DNA of 63,545 nucleotides, from IMG/VR virus record IMGVR_UViG_3300022555_000017, positions 64,001 through 127,545 of that record, one strand, 5' to 3'. The translations under genes were made by a program, and so were the position numbers. The stretch comes from a virus (Duplodnaviria > Heunggongvirae > Uroviricota > Caudoviricetes). Under the pieces are notes generated by a model, which saw only the letters and a list, made by a program, of their open reading frames with translations, was not told the DNA's origin and made no database searches. Positions within the stretch are counted from its first letter, which is position 1, and each line of letters begins with the position of its first letter. Positions 48,427 through 59,093 of the stretch are shown here, piece by piece.

Positions 48427-50115
48427 CTACACCGATGGGGGTGGAGGGCCTAAATTAGAATAATCAACTTCTTCTCCTTCACTACCTTCTTGCCCTCCAC
48501 CTTCTTGGCCGCCCATTCCTTCTTCACCACCCATACCGCCGAACTCGTCAACTTCGGGAGCCAAGCCATATTCCTTATCAAGTTCAAATCCCTTTTTGTT
48601 TTCTTCTATATCTTCATCTGTCCATTTCAAGTATTTCTTTATCAAATAATACTTAGAAAACTCTGCATTATTTGAAAGTGCATTATAGTTAGCAAAACTC
48701 TGCTCCAAGAAACCTTGCTCCATCTGCTCATTATAATGTGAAGGTGGCGTCATAGTAATAGTTATATCGTCTATATCTAAATCATATTGTTTCTTTATAC
48801 CTTTAAATTCAAGATGAAGTAAAAATAAATCCCTAAACTCTTTACAGAACATACCTTGCTGTCTTTCTAAAAATTTAGCCCATTTAATTTCATCCCTTGA
48901 AATCTCACCGGATTTTGAACCACCAAACAAAGTTTCACTAGTTGTATTGTTATTTTCATTTGCAACTCTTGAAAGAGGATACTTTAATGCTCTATAAAGT
49001 TTCTTTGCGAAATAATAAATATCATCTAGCTCAGTAAACCCAGCAGCATTACCACCACCAACTGTTTCAATAGATGAACCACGGCCATCGGCACTTACAG
49101 GCAGCCAAAAATTTTCTAAAATAGAAAGTACTTCAGGCTCTTGCGAAAGGCTACCTGTAGTTGGATCATAACTTTGTTTCTTTATATACTTTGATTTAAT
49201 CTTCTCAACAAATTTCAATGCTTTATCTCTAGGCATATTTCCTGTATCAATTTTAAATACAAATCTTTCAGGCGCTCTAACTATACGATAAATAATAACA
49301 GATGTTTCAAGAAGTTTTAACTGATTATATGGCACTCTTGATTTTTCTAAATATCCAAAAATTTCATATTTAGTTCTTCCATAAATGCCATAATTAAAAT
49401 AGCCAATCTGTTCTGGATTAAATACAACTATATCAGGTCTTTTTATAGCCTCATCCTTTGATGATGGCCTTTTAATATTAGTCGATAAATACTGATAAAA
49501 ATTCAAAACTTTTCCCGTTCTTATATCATATTCAAAATCCATAGTTTCAGATGGTAAAACTCTTATATTAACAAGACCCTTTTTTATATTACCTTCTTGA
49601 ATAATTCTTTCATAATAAATACGCCCATCAATTAAAAATCTTCTAAACATATCCCAAATCTTATCATTCATTTGTATTCTGTTATAAAATAACTCATGGA
49701 ACTCTTCATATAAAATTTTCTTTATATTTTTATTCTTTTCTAATTTATCATTTGTAATTTGTAACTGAACACTATCTCCATTATCATTAACCTGCGTTGA
49801 TTCATTTACAGCATCTTCTATAACATCGGCAATTTCAGGAGATTCAGCCATTTTTCTATATTCCATAATTCTTGAGACTTCATCTTCAAATGTTTTATTG
49901 ATAAACCTGTTATAGAATTTATTAAAACCATCAAGACCTGTTGTACCATAGCCATTTATAAGAGCATAAACATCATCAATACCTTCACCAGTTGTTTTCT
50001 GTAACTGCTTCAAAGTAGATGTATCATTACCCTTCTTTTCAAATGCTTTTATGGCTTCATCTAATCGGCCATTTAATTCTCTATCTTTGCCATTAAAAAA
50101 ATCATACCAAGCCAT
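48427..50115 (-). CDS. gp20: Portal protein gp20
   Basis: YRKMA-x2-PEI-x3-IED, IDGRIY, LETSVIIYRIVRAPERFVFKIDTGNMP, ENFWLP and LY-x-AL-x2-P-x-SR. Confidence 0.97.
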   Translation of the reverse strand: MAWYDFFNGKDRELNGRLDEAIKAFEKKGNDTSTLKQLQKTTGEGIDDVYALINGYGTTGLDGFNKFYNRFINKTFEDEVSRIMEYRKMAESPEIADVIEDAVNESTQVNDNGDSVQLQITNDKLEKNKNIKKILYEEFHELFYNRIQMNDKIWDMFRRFLIDGRIYYERIIQEGNIKKGLVNIRVLPSETMDFEYDIRTGKVLNFYQYLSTNIKRPSSKDEAIKRPDIVVFNPEQIGYFNYGIYGRTKYEIFGYLEKSRVPYNQLKLLETSVIIYRIVRAPERFVFKIDTGNMPRDKALKFVEKIKSKYIKKQSYDPTTGSLSQEPEVLSILENFWLPVSADGRGSSIETVGGGNAAGFTELDDIYYFAKKLYRALKYPLSRVANENNNTTSETLFGGSKSGEISRDEIKWAKFLERQQGMFCKEFRDLFLLHLEFKGIKKQYDLDIDDITITMTPPSHYNEQMEQGFLEQSFANYNALSNNAEFSKYYLIKKYLKWTDEDIEENKKGFELDKEYGLAPEVDEFGGMGGEEGMGGQEGGGQEGSEGEEVDYSNLGPPPPSV

Positions 50116-50118
50116 AAA

Positions 50119-50469
50119 TTACTCCTTATTTTCTATTTCCAATTTTTCTTTAACATCAAGTATATTTAGTTGCCTTTTACGTTCTGAAACAAAATGTTCT
50201 AAATCTATACCAGAGTTCTTTCCAAGGACATTTGCTACGACTTGAACCCAAACTGTTTCATTCCTCAACTCTTCCTGTGATTTTTGAACGCCAACAAGTC
50301 TATTACTCAAGTCCTGTATCATCAAAAATGTTCTCTTTGGTGCACAATCAGAAACTAAAACTGGCTTACTACCTTGAGTTTCAGGAGGCATCCACCATGA
50401 TTCCATATAATTCGGGCAATGACCATTATTCCAAAACTCGCACTTCTCTTTTACACAAGTATTTTCCAT
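50119..50469 (-). CDS. Hypothetical protein with Cys-rich N-terminus and coiled coil
   Basis: C-x4-CEFW...CPNY...CAPKR; AGGAG RBS. Confidence 0.7.
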   Translation of the reverse strand: MENTCVKEKCEFWNNGHCPNYMESWWMPPETQGSKPVLVSDCAPKRTFLMIQDLSNRLVGVQKSQEELRNETVWVQVVANVLGKNSGIDLEHFVSERKRQLNILDVKEKLEIENKE

Positions 50470-50485
50470 ACAGTTTATTACTCCT

Positions 50486-51628
50486 TTATGATTTTTGAAC
50501 TATAATACCAACATAAGCTTTTGGACGCCATAAACTAGTTTCATTACTAGAACTTGTTGCACCATGATTATGCGGTAAAGCAACACCGCCAGAACCACCA
50601 GATGGTGATGTTTTACCTATTGTTGGGGTTACACCAGCACTTCCACCATAAAACATATAACCATTTTCAGGAAGTAAAGGCGCAAGATAACTAGAATAAA
50701 ATGGTATTGAATTCGTAGACGATAACGCAACCATTGCTGTTTTATTTGTCATTGATTCATTTGTAGCAGTAAAATGATAATGTGCTGGTAAATTCGTTTC
50801 GGTTAAAGTAAAATCACTTGTTGTATGTGTATGACCTGTAATAGTCCATGTTCCAGCTGATGTTCCACCTGCAACATTATATGCCTGTGTCCCACCTTTT
50901 ACAGCTAATAAACCGTCAGAACAAGCAGTAAGAATCGTCCAACCAGTAGGTGCTGAATTTTCATATAACCAAAGTTTTCGACCTGAAGTAAAAAAATCAT
51001 TTACAGTATCAAACATTGTTGTTGAAATAGTAACAGATGCTACACCAACATCAAGATCAAGGGTATCATCATATACTGTATGCCATTCAGATGCTAATAT
51101 AATACCATCGCCTGCTATCAATTCAAGAGCATCATAAGGTGTTGTTGAACTCATAAGAACACCACCAGCAACAACACCAGAATATGCATTAGAACCTGTA
51201 AATGTAACAGATTTTGTAGAATCAACAGCTGTTACTCTAAGGCCATTATCACCTAAAAAATTAATGTCGTCTGATGAATTTTTTGCCAAAACACTTCCAA
51301 AATCAGTAGATACTTCGCCAAAACTATTACTACCTGTTATATACAGTTCTTTATTATATGGGACTGTACTAACTACAATACCATTTTCACCAGTAACAGT
51401 TAAAGTATTATTTGTAGATGTAGCTTCAATTGCAACACCAGATTGAGCTGAAATATACTTGAAAACATTTATAGGCAACGATACCCATTCGATAGCATTA
51501 CCATAAAAAATATTCTGATCTTCTATAGAATACACAATTCTACCTTCATCTGTAGAAGTCCAACTTGGTAAAGACGCTAGACGTTCTAACCAAAAAATTC
51601 CATCCATATCTATTTCATGAAATTGCAT
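50486..51628 (-). CDS. Tail fibre-like protein with collar/tip-type domain
   Basis: APTGWT...GHTH...LT-x2-NLPAHYH...HNH...P-x2-YVGIIVQK are His-containing fibre-tip motifs. Confidence 0.7.
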   Translation of the reverse strand: MQFHEIDMDGIFWLERLASLPSWTSTDEGRIVYSIEDQNIFYGNAIEWVSLPINVFKYISAQSGVAIEATSTNNTLTVTGENGIVVSTVPYNKELYITGSNSFGEVSTDFGSVLAKNSSDDINFLGDNGLRVTAVDSTKSVTFTGSNAYSGVVAGGVLMSSTTPYDALELIAGDGIILASEWHTVYDDTLDLDVGVASVTISTTMFDTVNDFFTSGRKLWLYENSAPTGWTILTACSDGLLAVKGGTQAYNVAGGTSAGTWTITGHTHTTSDFTLTETNLPAHYHFTATNESMTNKTAMVALSSTNSIPFYSSYLAPLLPENGYMFYGGSAGVTPTIGKTSPSGGSGGVALPHNHGATSSSNETSLWRPKAYVGIIVQKS

Positions 51629-51652
51629 ATCTACATTTCTCCCTTATCTTTA

Positions 51653-51660
51653 TATTTATT
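51653..51660 (-). promoter_or_regulatory. Late-box variant AATAAATA
   Basis: Intergenic, 25 nt upstream of 51628; same AATAAATATAA context as 55143-55150. Confidence 0.5.
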
Positions 51661-51686
51661 ACAAAAAGATAATTTGTATACTTTAT

Positions 51687-53300
51687 TTACGTTATTATAA
51701 CTGGTGCATCTTTCCCTATGATTATACCTACATTAGAAAGAGGGCGCCAAGTATCAATATTACCACCAGAATTCGTTATACCATGGCTATGAACTGTAGT
51801 CGAGCCAATATTTGATGTTTTTCCAATAGTAGGTGTTATATCACTACCATATAGCATATAGCCATAATGAGGAGCCTCAGTAGTTGCGCCACAAGTAGAA
51901 TAATCAGCACTATATGGAATAGAATTTAAATTTGTTAAAATTACATAACCATAAATACCAAAAGTACCAGTCATATAATCATGTGGTGGTATATGTCTAC
52001 CTAGCAATGATTCATCAATACATACATAATGATAATGCGATGATATATTTTCTAATGTTAAAGTTGAATCACTTGTTGTATGGGTATGGCTATCTCTCAT
52101 CCAAGTTCCAGCTCCGCTACCGCCAGCTGTATTATATGTTGTAGTAAATGATTGAAAATCTACTATTAAACATCTAACTATAACAATACCTGAACCACCT
52201 GAACCACCAAGAGTTCCAGAACCAAAACGACCGCCACCGCCACCGCCACCACCAGTATTAGCTAATGCACTTGAAGCAACTATTACACTACCAGCTCCGC
52301 CACCACCAATTCCGCCATAGCCACCACGACCAGAATACCATGCACCACCGCCACCCCCACCAGCATACCATCTAGCAGTACCATCATAAATAGTTGATGA
52401 TAAACCAGCTCCTCCATCGCCACCAACATATTCAGTATAAACACCATTAGTATAATTTGCTGCCCCACCTACATTACCGGCGCCGCCGCCACCACCGCCA
52501 TTTGCAGGATCAACATTATGATAATACCAACCACCAAGGCCACCATTATTTCCCTGCCCTAAAATACCTAATCCGCCAGTTGGATACCATTGATTACCAC
52601 CGCCACCGCCACCACCGGAACCGCCAGATTTAGCATTTGGTGTACTTGTAGTAAAATTCCAACCACCACCACCGCCACCCCCAGTAGCAGAAATAGAACC
52701 AAAAGATGAATTGCCGCCATTAAAACCATTAGAAGTTGGATTAGTAGTAAGAGGCCCACCAGCACCGCCAGCACCTACAGTAACAGTTATAGGAACATTT
52801 ACTGAAACGGGAACTGAAGTAGTATATACAAAACCACCAGCACCACCACCGCCACCACCAAACTGTCCGCCAGCACCGCCACCACCACCAGCCACAACAA
52901 GAACATCAACAACACCTGACATATTTTTAGGAGTAAATGTTCCAGAACTTGTAAATGTATGAATCATATACTGACCATATGTAGTAACTGTACCGCCAGT
53001 ATTATTATAATTTATTATTGTAGAGCCTTTTACTGCCAATAAACCATCAATACAGGTATCTAAAATAGTCCAACCATTAGGTGCTACATCCTCATATAAC
53101 CAGATTTTTCGTCCAATTTTTAAAAAATTATCAACGGTTCCAGTACCTATATCACTTATTGTAATGGCACCAACTTTAGGTGGTATTCTTTGTGTAAAAT
53201 ATCTTTTATCTATATAATCTTCTAAAACAAGATAACTATCATCAATATCAAAAGGTGGTGGTGGGACTGGTTCTGTAAAATTCCAACTTATATTAGCCAT
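51687..53300 (-). CDS. Fibre-tip paralog carrying a ~290-aa glycine-rich domain insert
   Basis: Flanks align with the C-terminus of 50486..51628; the insert is HTFTSSGTF...VDVLVVAGGGGG...GGSGGSGIVIVR. Confidence 0.7.
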   Translation of the reverse strand: MANISWNFTEPVPPPPFDIDDSYLVLEDYIDKRYFTQRIPPKVGAITISDIGTGTVDNFLKIGRKIWLYEDVAPNGWTILDTCIDGLLAVKGSTIINYNNTGGTVTTYGQYMIHTFTSSGTFTPKNMSGVVDVLVVAGGGGGAGGQFGGGGGGAGGFVYTTSVPVSVNVPITVTVGAGGAGGPLTTNPTSNGFNGGNSSFGSISATGGGGGGGWNFTTSTPNAKSGGSGGGGGGGNQWYPTGGLGILGQGNNGGLGGWYYHNVDPANGGGGGGAGNVGGAANYTNGVYTEYVGGDGGAGLSSTIYDGTARWYAGGGGGGAWYSGRGGYGGIGGGGAGSVIVASSALANTGGGGGGGGRFGSGTLGGSGGSGIVIVRCLIVDFQSFTTTYNTAGGSGAGTWMRDSHTHTTSDSTLTLENISSHYHYVCIDESLLGRHIPPHDYMTGTFGIYGYVILTNLNSIPYSADYSTCGATTEAPHYGYMLYGSDITPTIGKTSNIGSTTVHSHGITNSGGNIDTWRPLSNVGIIIGKDAPVIIT

Positions 53301-53318
53301 TTATTCTATCTCCATTTG

Positions 53319-55109
53319 TTATCCTAAACCAGCCACACCATTTATTCCACCAATATCTCTAGAATATATAGCACCATCAACTAATTCAACTGAAAGTGTA
53401 ATATATAAAAAAAATTCAAATATCATCGTCATAGAATTTTGCAAACTGACAGTAGAATAATCTATAACAGCACCATCTATATCCAAATGTACTATATAAT
53501 CAGAAAAACTACATGACATAAACATAAAATGTGGCCCTAAAGGAAAAGGAAAAAGAAAAGGAAATAGATCATTAATACTATTAGAACTCACATTAAAAAC
53601 AAGCATCGCAGACAAACCTGTTGCACTTTCCACCATCGCCTGTCTATCTGACATTAAAGAATTTAAATAACCCGCCATGATTTCCAAATCATTAACACTT
53701 AAAGTATCAAAAGATATAGCTGGATGCCCATTTATAACATTTGTTTTATATACAGGCAATGAACTTAAACCTTCTATTGCTGTAAAATCAATAACTGTAC
53801 CATATGAACTTTTATCTGTTATAGTAGTAACAGGATCACCATTATTTAAGGCGACACTATCAGCTCTAAGCCATAAAACTAAATCAGATACATCATCAGG
53901 TGTCCCAGTTACAGTATGAAGTTCATTTGAGAAACTTATATCACGGCCTTCTATAAAATTTATCTTATCAGCATATGTAATAGCATCCATATTTCCATAA
54001 GCCATATCTTCAGGTGTTTGCTGAATAATATTAGCAGTTAATGTAACTTTATCAACCCACATTAAATAACCAGAATTATTATATATATACCAAGAAGGTA
54101 ATCCACCCCCTAATGGATAATCTACTCCTGAAGTACAAGTATAATATAAAGTATCATTAAGATAAAAGTTCATAGTTCTGCCAATAGATGTAAATTTCAC
54201 TTTTACCCACTCATCTACAGGAAAATTATATAAAATCTCATCTGTAAATGATATACCAACTCTATCAACAATATCTACCTCTAAAGTATTAGAACCCGTT
54301 TCTATAAGAACATATGGAACACCATCTGTATAACTCAAAGCAACAAGACATTTACCCGAACCTGAAGAACCTGACCCACCCGCTGATCTAACATATTGTT
54401 CTAATGTTATATTATCGACATATGTAGGTAAAGCATATCTAACTAAACCCCCATTCTCAGGATGGCCTAAAACTAAAGAAGATGATCCAGAATAGTACTG
54501 ACCTGTATCAATATTACCCTCACTACAAACATCTGGTGTATATCCATGAGATTCTTCAACCCAAGAAGAATCGCCATCAACACCTTCAAAATTTAATGTT
54601 AAAATTGACTCTATCGCTGTTGATGATGTATATGTTGTTCCAGCAACTTCTAATGCTGAATAACGATTTGGTTGTGAAAATCCAACACTACTAGACGAAG
54701 CATTAACTATATCTATACCATTCTCACCTATAAAATCTACTGAATCATTTCCACCATCTGCATTAACAGTACCACTATCTGTAGAAATTGTAGAAAATTC
54801 ACTAGCACCTGAAATTATAATATTTGAATTTGCTGATGCGGATACTGTTGTTACACCATTATCACCAATAAAATACAATGAATCTTCAGAACCAACTGCG
54901 TCTATATAACTTACTGTATCACTCTGAACTTTTACTTTATTAAACGCTTCTAATGATAACATTACCCATTCAGTTGCAGAGGCAAAATACATATATTCAC
55001 TTATTTCATCATATATTATTCGCCCCTCATCAGCAGAAGTATGAGCAGGTACACCATTAACTCTCTGTATCCAAAATTTCCCTTGCATATCAACTTCTTG
55101 ATATTTCAT
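53319..55109 (-). CDS. Fibre or adhesin-like protein with lectin (LamG/ConA-like) region
   Basis: N-terminus homologous to 50486..51628; W-x2-V...NFYLND...WVDKV; later LVLWLRAD...DKS. Confidence 0.6.
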   Translation of the reverse strand: MKYQEVDMQGKFWIQRVNGVPAHTSADEGRIIYDEISEYMYFASATEWVMLSLEAFNKVKVQSDTVSYIDAVGSEDSLYFIGDNGVTTVSASANSNIIISGASEFSTISTDSGTVNADGGNDSVDFIGENGIDIVNASSSSVGFSQPNRYSALEVAGTTYTSSTAIESILTLNFEGVDGDSSWVEESHGYTPDVCSEGNIDTGQYYSGSSSLVLGHPENGGLVRYALPTYVDNITLEQYVRSAGGSGSSGSGKCLVALSYTDGVPYVLIETGSNTLEVDIVDRVGISFTDEILYNFPVDEWVKVKFTSIGRTMNFYLNDTLYYTCTSGVDYPLGGGLPSWYIYNNSGYLMWVDKVTLTANIIQQTPEDMAYGNMDAITYADKINFIEGRDISFSNELHTVTGTPDDVSDLVLWLRADSVALNNGDPVTTITDKSSYGTVIDFTAIEGLSSLPVYKTNVINGHPAISFDTLSVNDLEIMAGYLNSLMSDRQAMVESATGLSAMLVFNVSSNSINDLFPFLFPFPLGPHFMFMSCSFSDYIVHLDIDGAVIDYSTVSLQNSMTMIFEFFLYITLSVELVDGAIYSRDIGGINGVAGLG

Positions 55110-55142
55110 ATATATAAATCTCCAAACACTTGATCTTTCTTA

Positions 55143-55150
55143 TATTTATT
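55143..55150 (-). promoter_or_regulatory. Late-box variant AATAAATA
   Basis: Intergenic, 34 nt upstream of 55109. Confidence 0.5.
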
Positions 55151-55293
55151 ATAAAAAAATATTTTTCATATTTTGATTTACATATTCTGGCAATCTGTTA
55201 TAATAAGTGCAACGGTCAGGCAAAAAGGAAAGTATATAATATAGCATAGTATTATGGTATTATACTTGATTAATTTATGTATTATTATATTGT

Positions 55294-58200
55294 TTATATA
55301 CCTAATAATTTTTGTATTCTTGTGATAACCATTTTTATATCTATATTTCTTGTACATTCAAATTTTTTATTATGAGGGCAGAAGTTCCAGTTACCTCTAT
55401 CTAGTGTAACATTTATATCATTCATACATCCATTACATACATCTCTATTTATAATCCTAATACAATCTTTCATTTCAACATATTCTTTTGTACTACCGGA
55501 TATGATTACTACTTTTTTATCTAAACCCCATGCCAACCAAGCAGGGCCAGAACTAACACCTATAAAGAATTCACAATGTATAATGTTATTTATAGTTTCT
55601 TCTATGGACTTATTAGTTTTATCTATTATACTTCTTAACTTTGTACTTTCTTTACTGATTACTATAACTTTATAACCCAAAGAGTTAAGATAGTTTACTA
55701 GAACTTGCCAACCAGCTGAATTATTCCAATACTTCATTTGAAACGTAGAATGCTCTGCTATGCACACATACTTTTCCTTAATAGGCCTTCCAGTATCTAT
55801 TTTAACTATATTTGGTTTAATTTCTTTATAGTCTAATCCCAAATAATCAGATGATACTTGTTGTAATGGTATTGACATCCAGTTATTTTTATTAGAATTA
55901 TAATCATTATCTCTACAACCAACAATATAAGTTGCATAAAAATTAGATAGTGTATCAATTTTTATAAAGTTTAATTCTGGATAGTTATTTTCAAATAAGT
56001 GATTATGGAATGTACCAACATAAACCTTACAATTATGAATTTTTCTAAACTCCTCAACATATGGAAACCAAGCAATTGTATCGCCTAAAGATTTACTATC
56101 TAAAAGAATATATACAGACTTGTTTTCAGGATTAAAAATATATTCTTCAGTTATATTTTCGGTTTTGTTTTTTACTATTATTTTCCAGTTAGTATAGTAT
56201 CTTCTATTACAAGCAATCCAAGTAATACTCTTTATATCTCCACCATGTTTTATATCACCTTCATGTACTATAAGTCCGGTATCATTGTCTATAAATTGAA
56301 CATGATATTCACATTCATTTATACCTGTAATTTCAACTCTAGGTTTATCACTAAAAGTATATTCTATTTTGTTGCTACTTTTTATAAATCCCTTTGAATT
56401 AATTTCTTGCCAATTTTTACATATTATTTTATCATCATAAAACTTAAATGTTGCCTTATAAATTTTATCATCTGTTAAATCTAATATTTTTTTTATATTT
56501 GTTCCCACAATAACTACTTCTAATAAGCCTTCCCTTTCAAATTTTAAATATTTTATATCATCCTTTTTAACAATATCACTACCAGTTGCTACTACAACAT
56601 CATCTTTTATATGTCTAACTATAAATTGATGTTCTTCATCTGACTTAAAGTTACATATAAAAAGTATAGCTTTATCATCATTTGTTTTTGATACTTCTAT
56701 ATTTACATTAAGTTCCTTTTTACCCTGATCTAACATACTTCTCTCAAACAGAATATCCTTTTTTATATTATAAGGGATAATATATGTATTTTTTAAGCAA
56801 TCATTATATTTTAAAAATGTATAGAACCAGTTTTCAAATATATAATCATTAGGTTGATTTAATTTTTCACAGGCATCATCATCAACTTTAACATATTCAG
56901 ACCAATTTCTAATATTATACTTTGAAAATAAATCATTCCAATATTTTAAATCAAAACTTAGGCAATTTGTTATGACACCCTTTTCTTTATCTGGTGGATA
57001 TTTTTGTTCTACATCATATCTAAAACAAACAAGTTTTTTATTTTTATTTCTTTGCATTCCATATACATCTAAATACTTATCCAAATCAACATCTATATCA
57101 TATTCTATAAAATGCCCATATGAATACAGATTTGATAAATATGTAATACCATTTGTCATATTTGTTAAAACTGTTACAGCATGATATTTATTTTCATATT
57201 GAGTAACAATTTTTAACTTTTTAGCAACTGTGAACCATTGATTTAAATTCCAATTTTCACTTAAAGGATTATTTTTGTCATATATTAAATAATCAACACT
57301 ATTTATTATATCTTCAGGTAAAATATAATGAGTTGTAATAGCAATAGGTTTATTATATAACTTTAATTTTGATATTGTATTTCGTAATATATCCAACTTA
57401 AATTCTTCATCGGGATAAGTACTAAGTATAAATACATCATCTGAAAATTTTATATCCCTTTTTGTACATACCAATTTGAAACATTGTTGTGCGTGTGACC
57501 ATATATCTTCAATACTTTCTATATGAAATCCAGCATCATTTACAAAATCTATAATAGAATCTTTAGTAAATCCGGTCTTATGATACTCACCCATATTATG
57601 TTGATTACCAAATATTGTATCCAATGGAAATTCTTCTTTTTCATATTGTAACCAATAATTTACACACCATTCAAAATTTGGAACTTCTAAAATTAATTTA
57701 CCATTATATTTTAATACTCTATACCATTCTTTAAGAATATCTGAAATAAATCTTCTGCCGAAATGCTCTAGTAAATGCGATGAATTTAATACATCAATAC
57801 TACAATCATCACAATTTAAATTAGTCGCATCCATTTGTATATCGCCTAAACCCTCAATTATATCGGCATTTATATATCCATTCAACTTATCTGTACCACA
57901 ACCAATATTTAATTTAATTTCAGGTGGATATAATTTTTGATATAGTTCAGAAATATAACCTTCAGCGGTTTTTATAGCATCTTCCCATTTAAAATTTTCT
58001 TTTATCTTTTCAGCACCTATTAATGCCTTTTCTTTACACTCTTCATAATTTTTATATACATATCTCATAACCCGTTTCAAGTCATCAAAATCCGGTTCAT
58101 CCCATTCGCCTGGTGTATCATCTGACATAAAAACATTTTGCGGCTTTCTATATTCCTTTGTTTTTACTACATGGGAAATCCCCTCCGCAAATTCTAACTG

Positions 58201-59091
58201 AGCACCATGAGAAGAACAAATAGTTGGAATACCGCAAGCAATAGCCTCGCCAAGAGGCAGATGCCAGCCCTCAGCTCTCGAACAACTTAAAAAAACATGG
58301 CCGGCTTTAAGATATTTTACATAATCTTCCCTAGATACAAAACCTATATCTTTAATTCTTTTATCAGTAAATCCATAAAATTTTAATCTTTCTTTTGTTG
58401 TTTTTAAATTATCAACAGCAAATGGATTATCAATAGAAACAATAAGATCAATTGGCTCATCAGATTTAAATTCTTCAAGAAATGCTTTAATCATTTCTGT
58501 TGTATATTTTCTATAATCCCATCGGCCAAAAATAATAAATTTAAATCTGTTATCTTTATATTCATTAGGTTTATCTTCCGATACAATATTAAAAATATCA
58601 AAATCAACACCTTCATGTACTACTCTAATTTTTTCTTCTGGATACCCCTGTTCAATAGTAACCCGTTTTTGCCATTCTGTTGGAACCCATAATTGATCAA
58701 ATTCCAATAATTTATTAAAAAATGGTTCTTTTTGCCTAGTACTCTCCCATACATTATAAGCAATTTTTGGCCCATCATAATTTTCAAAGAAATAATAATG
58801 ATTTGATTCCATTAAAACTATATTTAATAAAGACTTATTATGATCTCTTGTATAAGGAGTACCGATTTTATATGGTTCTCCTATCCATGTTTGTTCAATA
58901 CACATATCTTTTTGTTCTTGTGTTAGATGGGTTAAATTTGGCGTGTGCGCAAAATTTCTTATTCTAGTAGGTATATTTTTATTTAATCTAGTAAAGAAAT
59001 CTCTAGCATGATATGCATACCCTGTATGTGGTATGAAACTTGTATGGCCTAATATAGCATCAAATGTAGTTTTTTGATAATTAGAAAACAT
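55294..59091 (-). CDS. Multidomain glycosylation enzyme: GT-B (GT4-like) + SAM-dependent methyltransferase + uncharacterised GT-like region + Aah/TibC-like O-heptosyltransferase; start probably ATG at 59091
   Basis: FLSCSRAEGWHLPLGEAIACG-x-P (GT4); KLNIGCG...SSHLLEH (methyltransferase); LDSKSLGDTIAWFPYVEEFRK...YVCIAEHST...K-x-WNN...FFIGVSSGPAWLAW...CNGC-x14-C-x7-C (TibC-like). Confidence 0.85.
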   Translation of the reverse strand: MFSNYQKTTFDAILGHTSFIPHTGYAYHARDFFTRLNKNIPTRIRNFAHTPNLTHLTQEQKDMCIEQTWIGEPYKIGTPYTRDHNKSLLNIVLMESNHYYFFENYDGPKIAYNVWESTRQKEPFFNKLLEFDQLWVPTEWQKRVTIEQGYPEEKIRVVHEGVDFDIFNIVSEDKPNEYKDNRFKFIIFGRWDYRKYTTEMIKAFLEEFKSDEPIDLIVSIDNPFAVDNLKTTKERLKFYGFTDKRIKDIGFVSREDYVKYLKAGHVFLSCSRAEGWHLPLGEAIACGIPTICSSHGAQLEFAEGISHVVKTKEYRKPQNVFMSDDTPGEWDEPDFDDLKRVMRYVYKNYEECKEKALIGAEKIKENFKWEDAIKTAEGYISELYQKLYPPEIKLNIGCGTDKLNGYINADIIEGLGDIQMDATNLNCDDCSIDVLNSSHLLEHFGRRFISDILKEWYRVLKYNGKLILEVPNFEWCVNYWLQYEKEEFPLDTIFGNQHNMGEYHKTGFTKDSIIDFVNDAGFHIESIEDIWSHAQQCFKLVCTKRDIKFSDDVFILSTYPDEEFKLDILRNTISKLKLYNKPIAITTHYILPEDIINSVDYLIYDKNNPLSENWNLNQWFTVAKKLKIVTQYENKYHAVTVLTNMTNGITYLSNLYSYGHFIEYDIDVDLDKYLDVYGMQRNKNKKLVCFRYDVEQKYPPDKEKGVITNCLSFDLKYWNDLFSKYNIRNWSEYVKVDDDACEKLNQPNDYIFENWFYTFLKYNDCLKNTYIIPYNIKKDILFERSMLDQGKKELNVNIEVSKTNDDKAILFICNFKSDEEHQFIVRHIKDDVVVATGSDIVKKDDIKYLKFEREGLLEVVIVGTNIKKILDLTDDKIYKATFKFYDDKIICKNWQEINSKGFIKSSNKIEYTFSDKPRVEITGINECEYHVQFIDNDTGLIVHEGDIKHGGDIKSITWIACNRRYYTNWKIIVKNKTENITEEYIFNPENKSVYILLDSKSLGDTIAWFPYVEEFRKIHNCKVYVGTFHNHLFENNYPELNFIKIDTLSNFYATYIVGCRDNDYNSNKNNWMSIPLQQVSSDYLGLDYKEIKPNIVKIDTGRPIKEKYVCIAEHSTFQMKYWNNSAGWQVLVNYLNSLGYKVIVISKESTKLRSIIDKTNKSIEETINNIIHCEFFIGVSSGPAWLAWGLDKKVVIISGSTKEYVEMKDCIRIINRDVCNGCMNDINVTLDRGNWNFCPHNKKFECTRNIDIKMVITRIQKLLGI

Positions 59092-59093
59092 AA

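Noticed and set aside
52568-52962. Poly-proline plus-strand ORF and overlapping alternative frames
   Set aside because: Antisense shadow of the GGT/GGC glycine runs in 51687..53300.
53407-53414. T8 run near the end of the 596-aa fibre gene as a phase-variation switch
   Set aside because: The present frame is the longest; both shifted frames stop within a few codons, and such runs are common in this AT-rich DNA.
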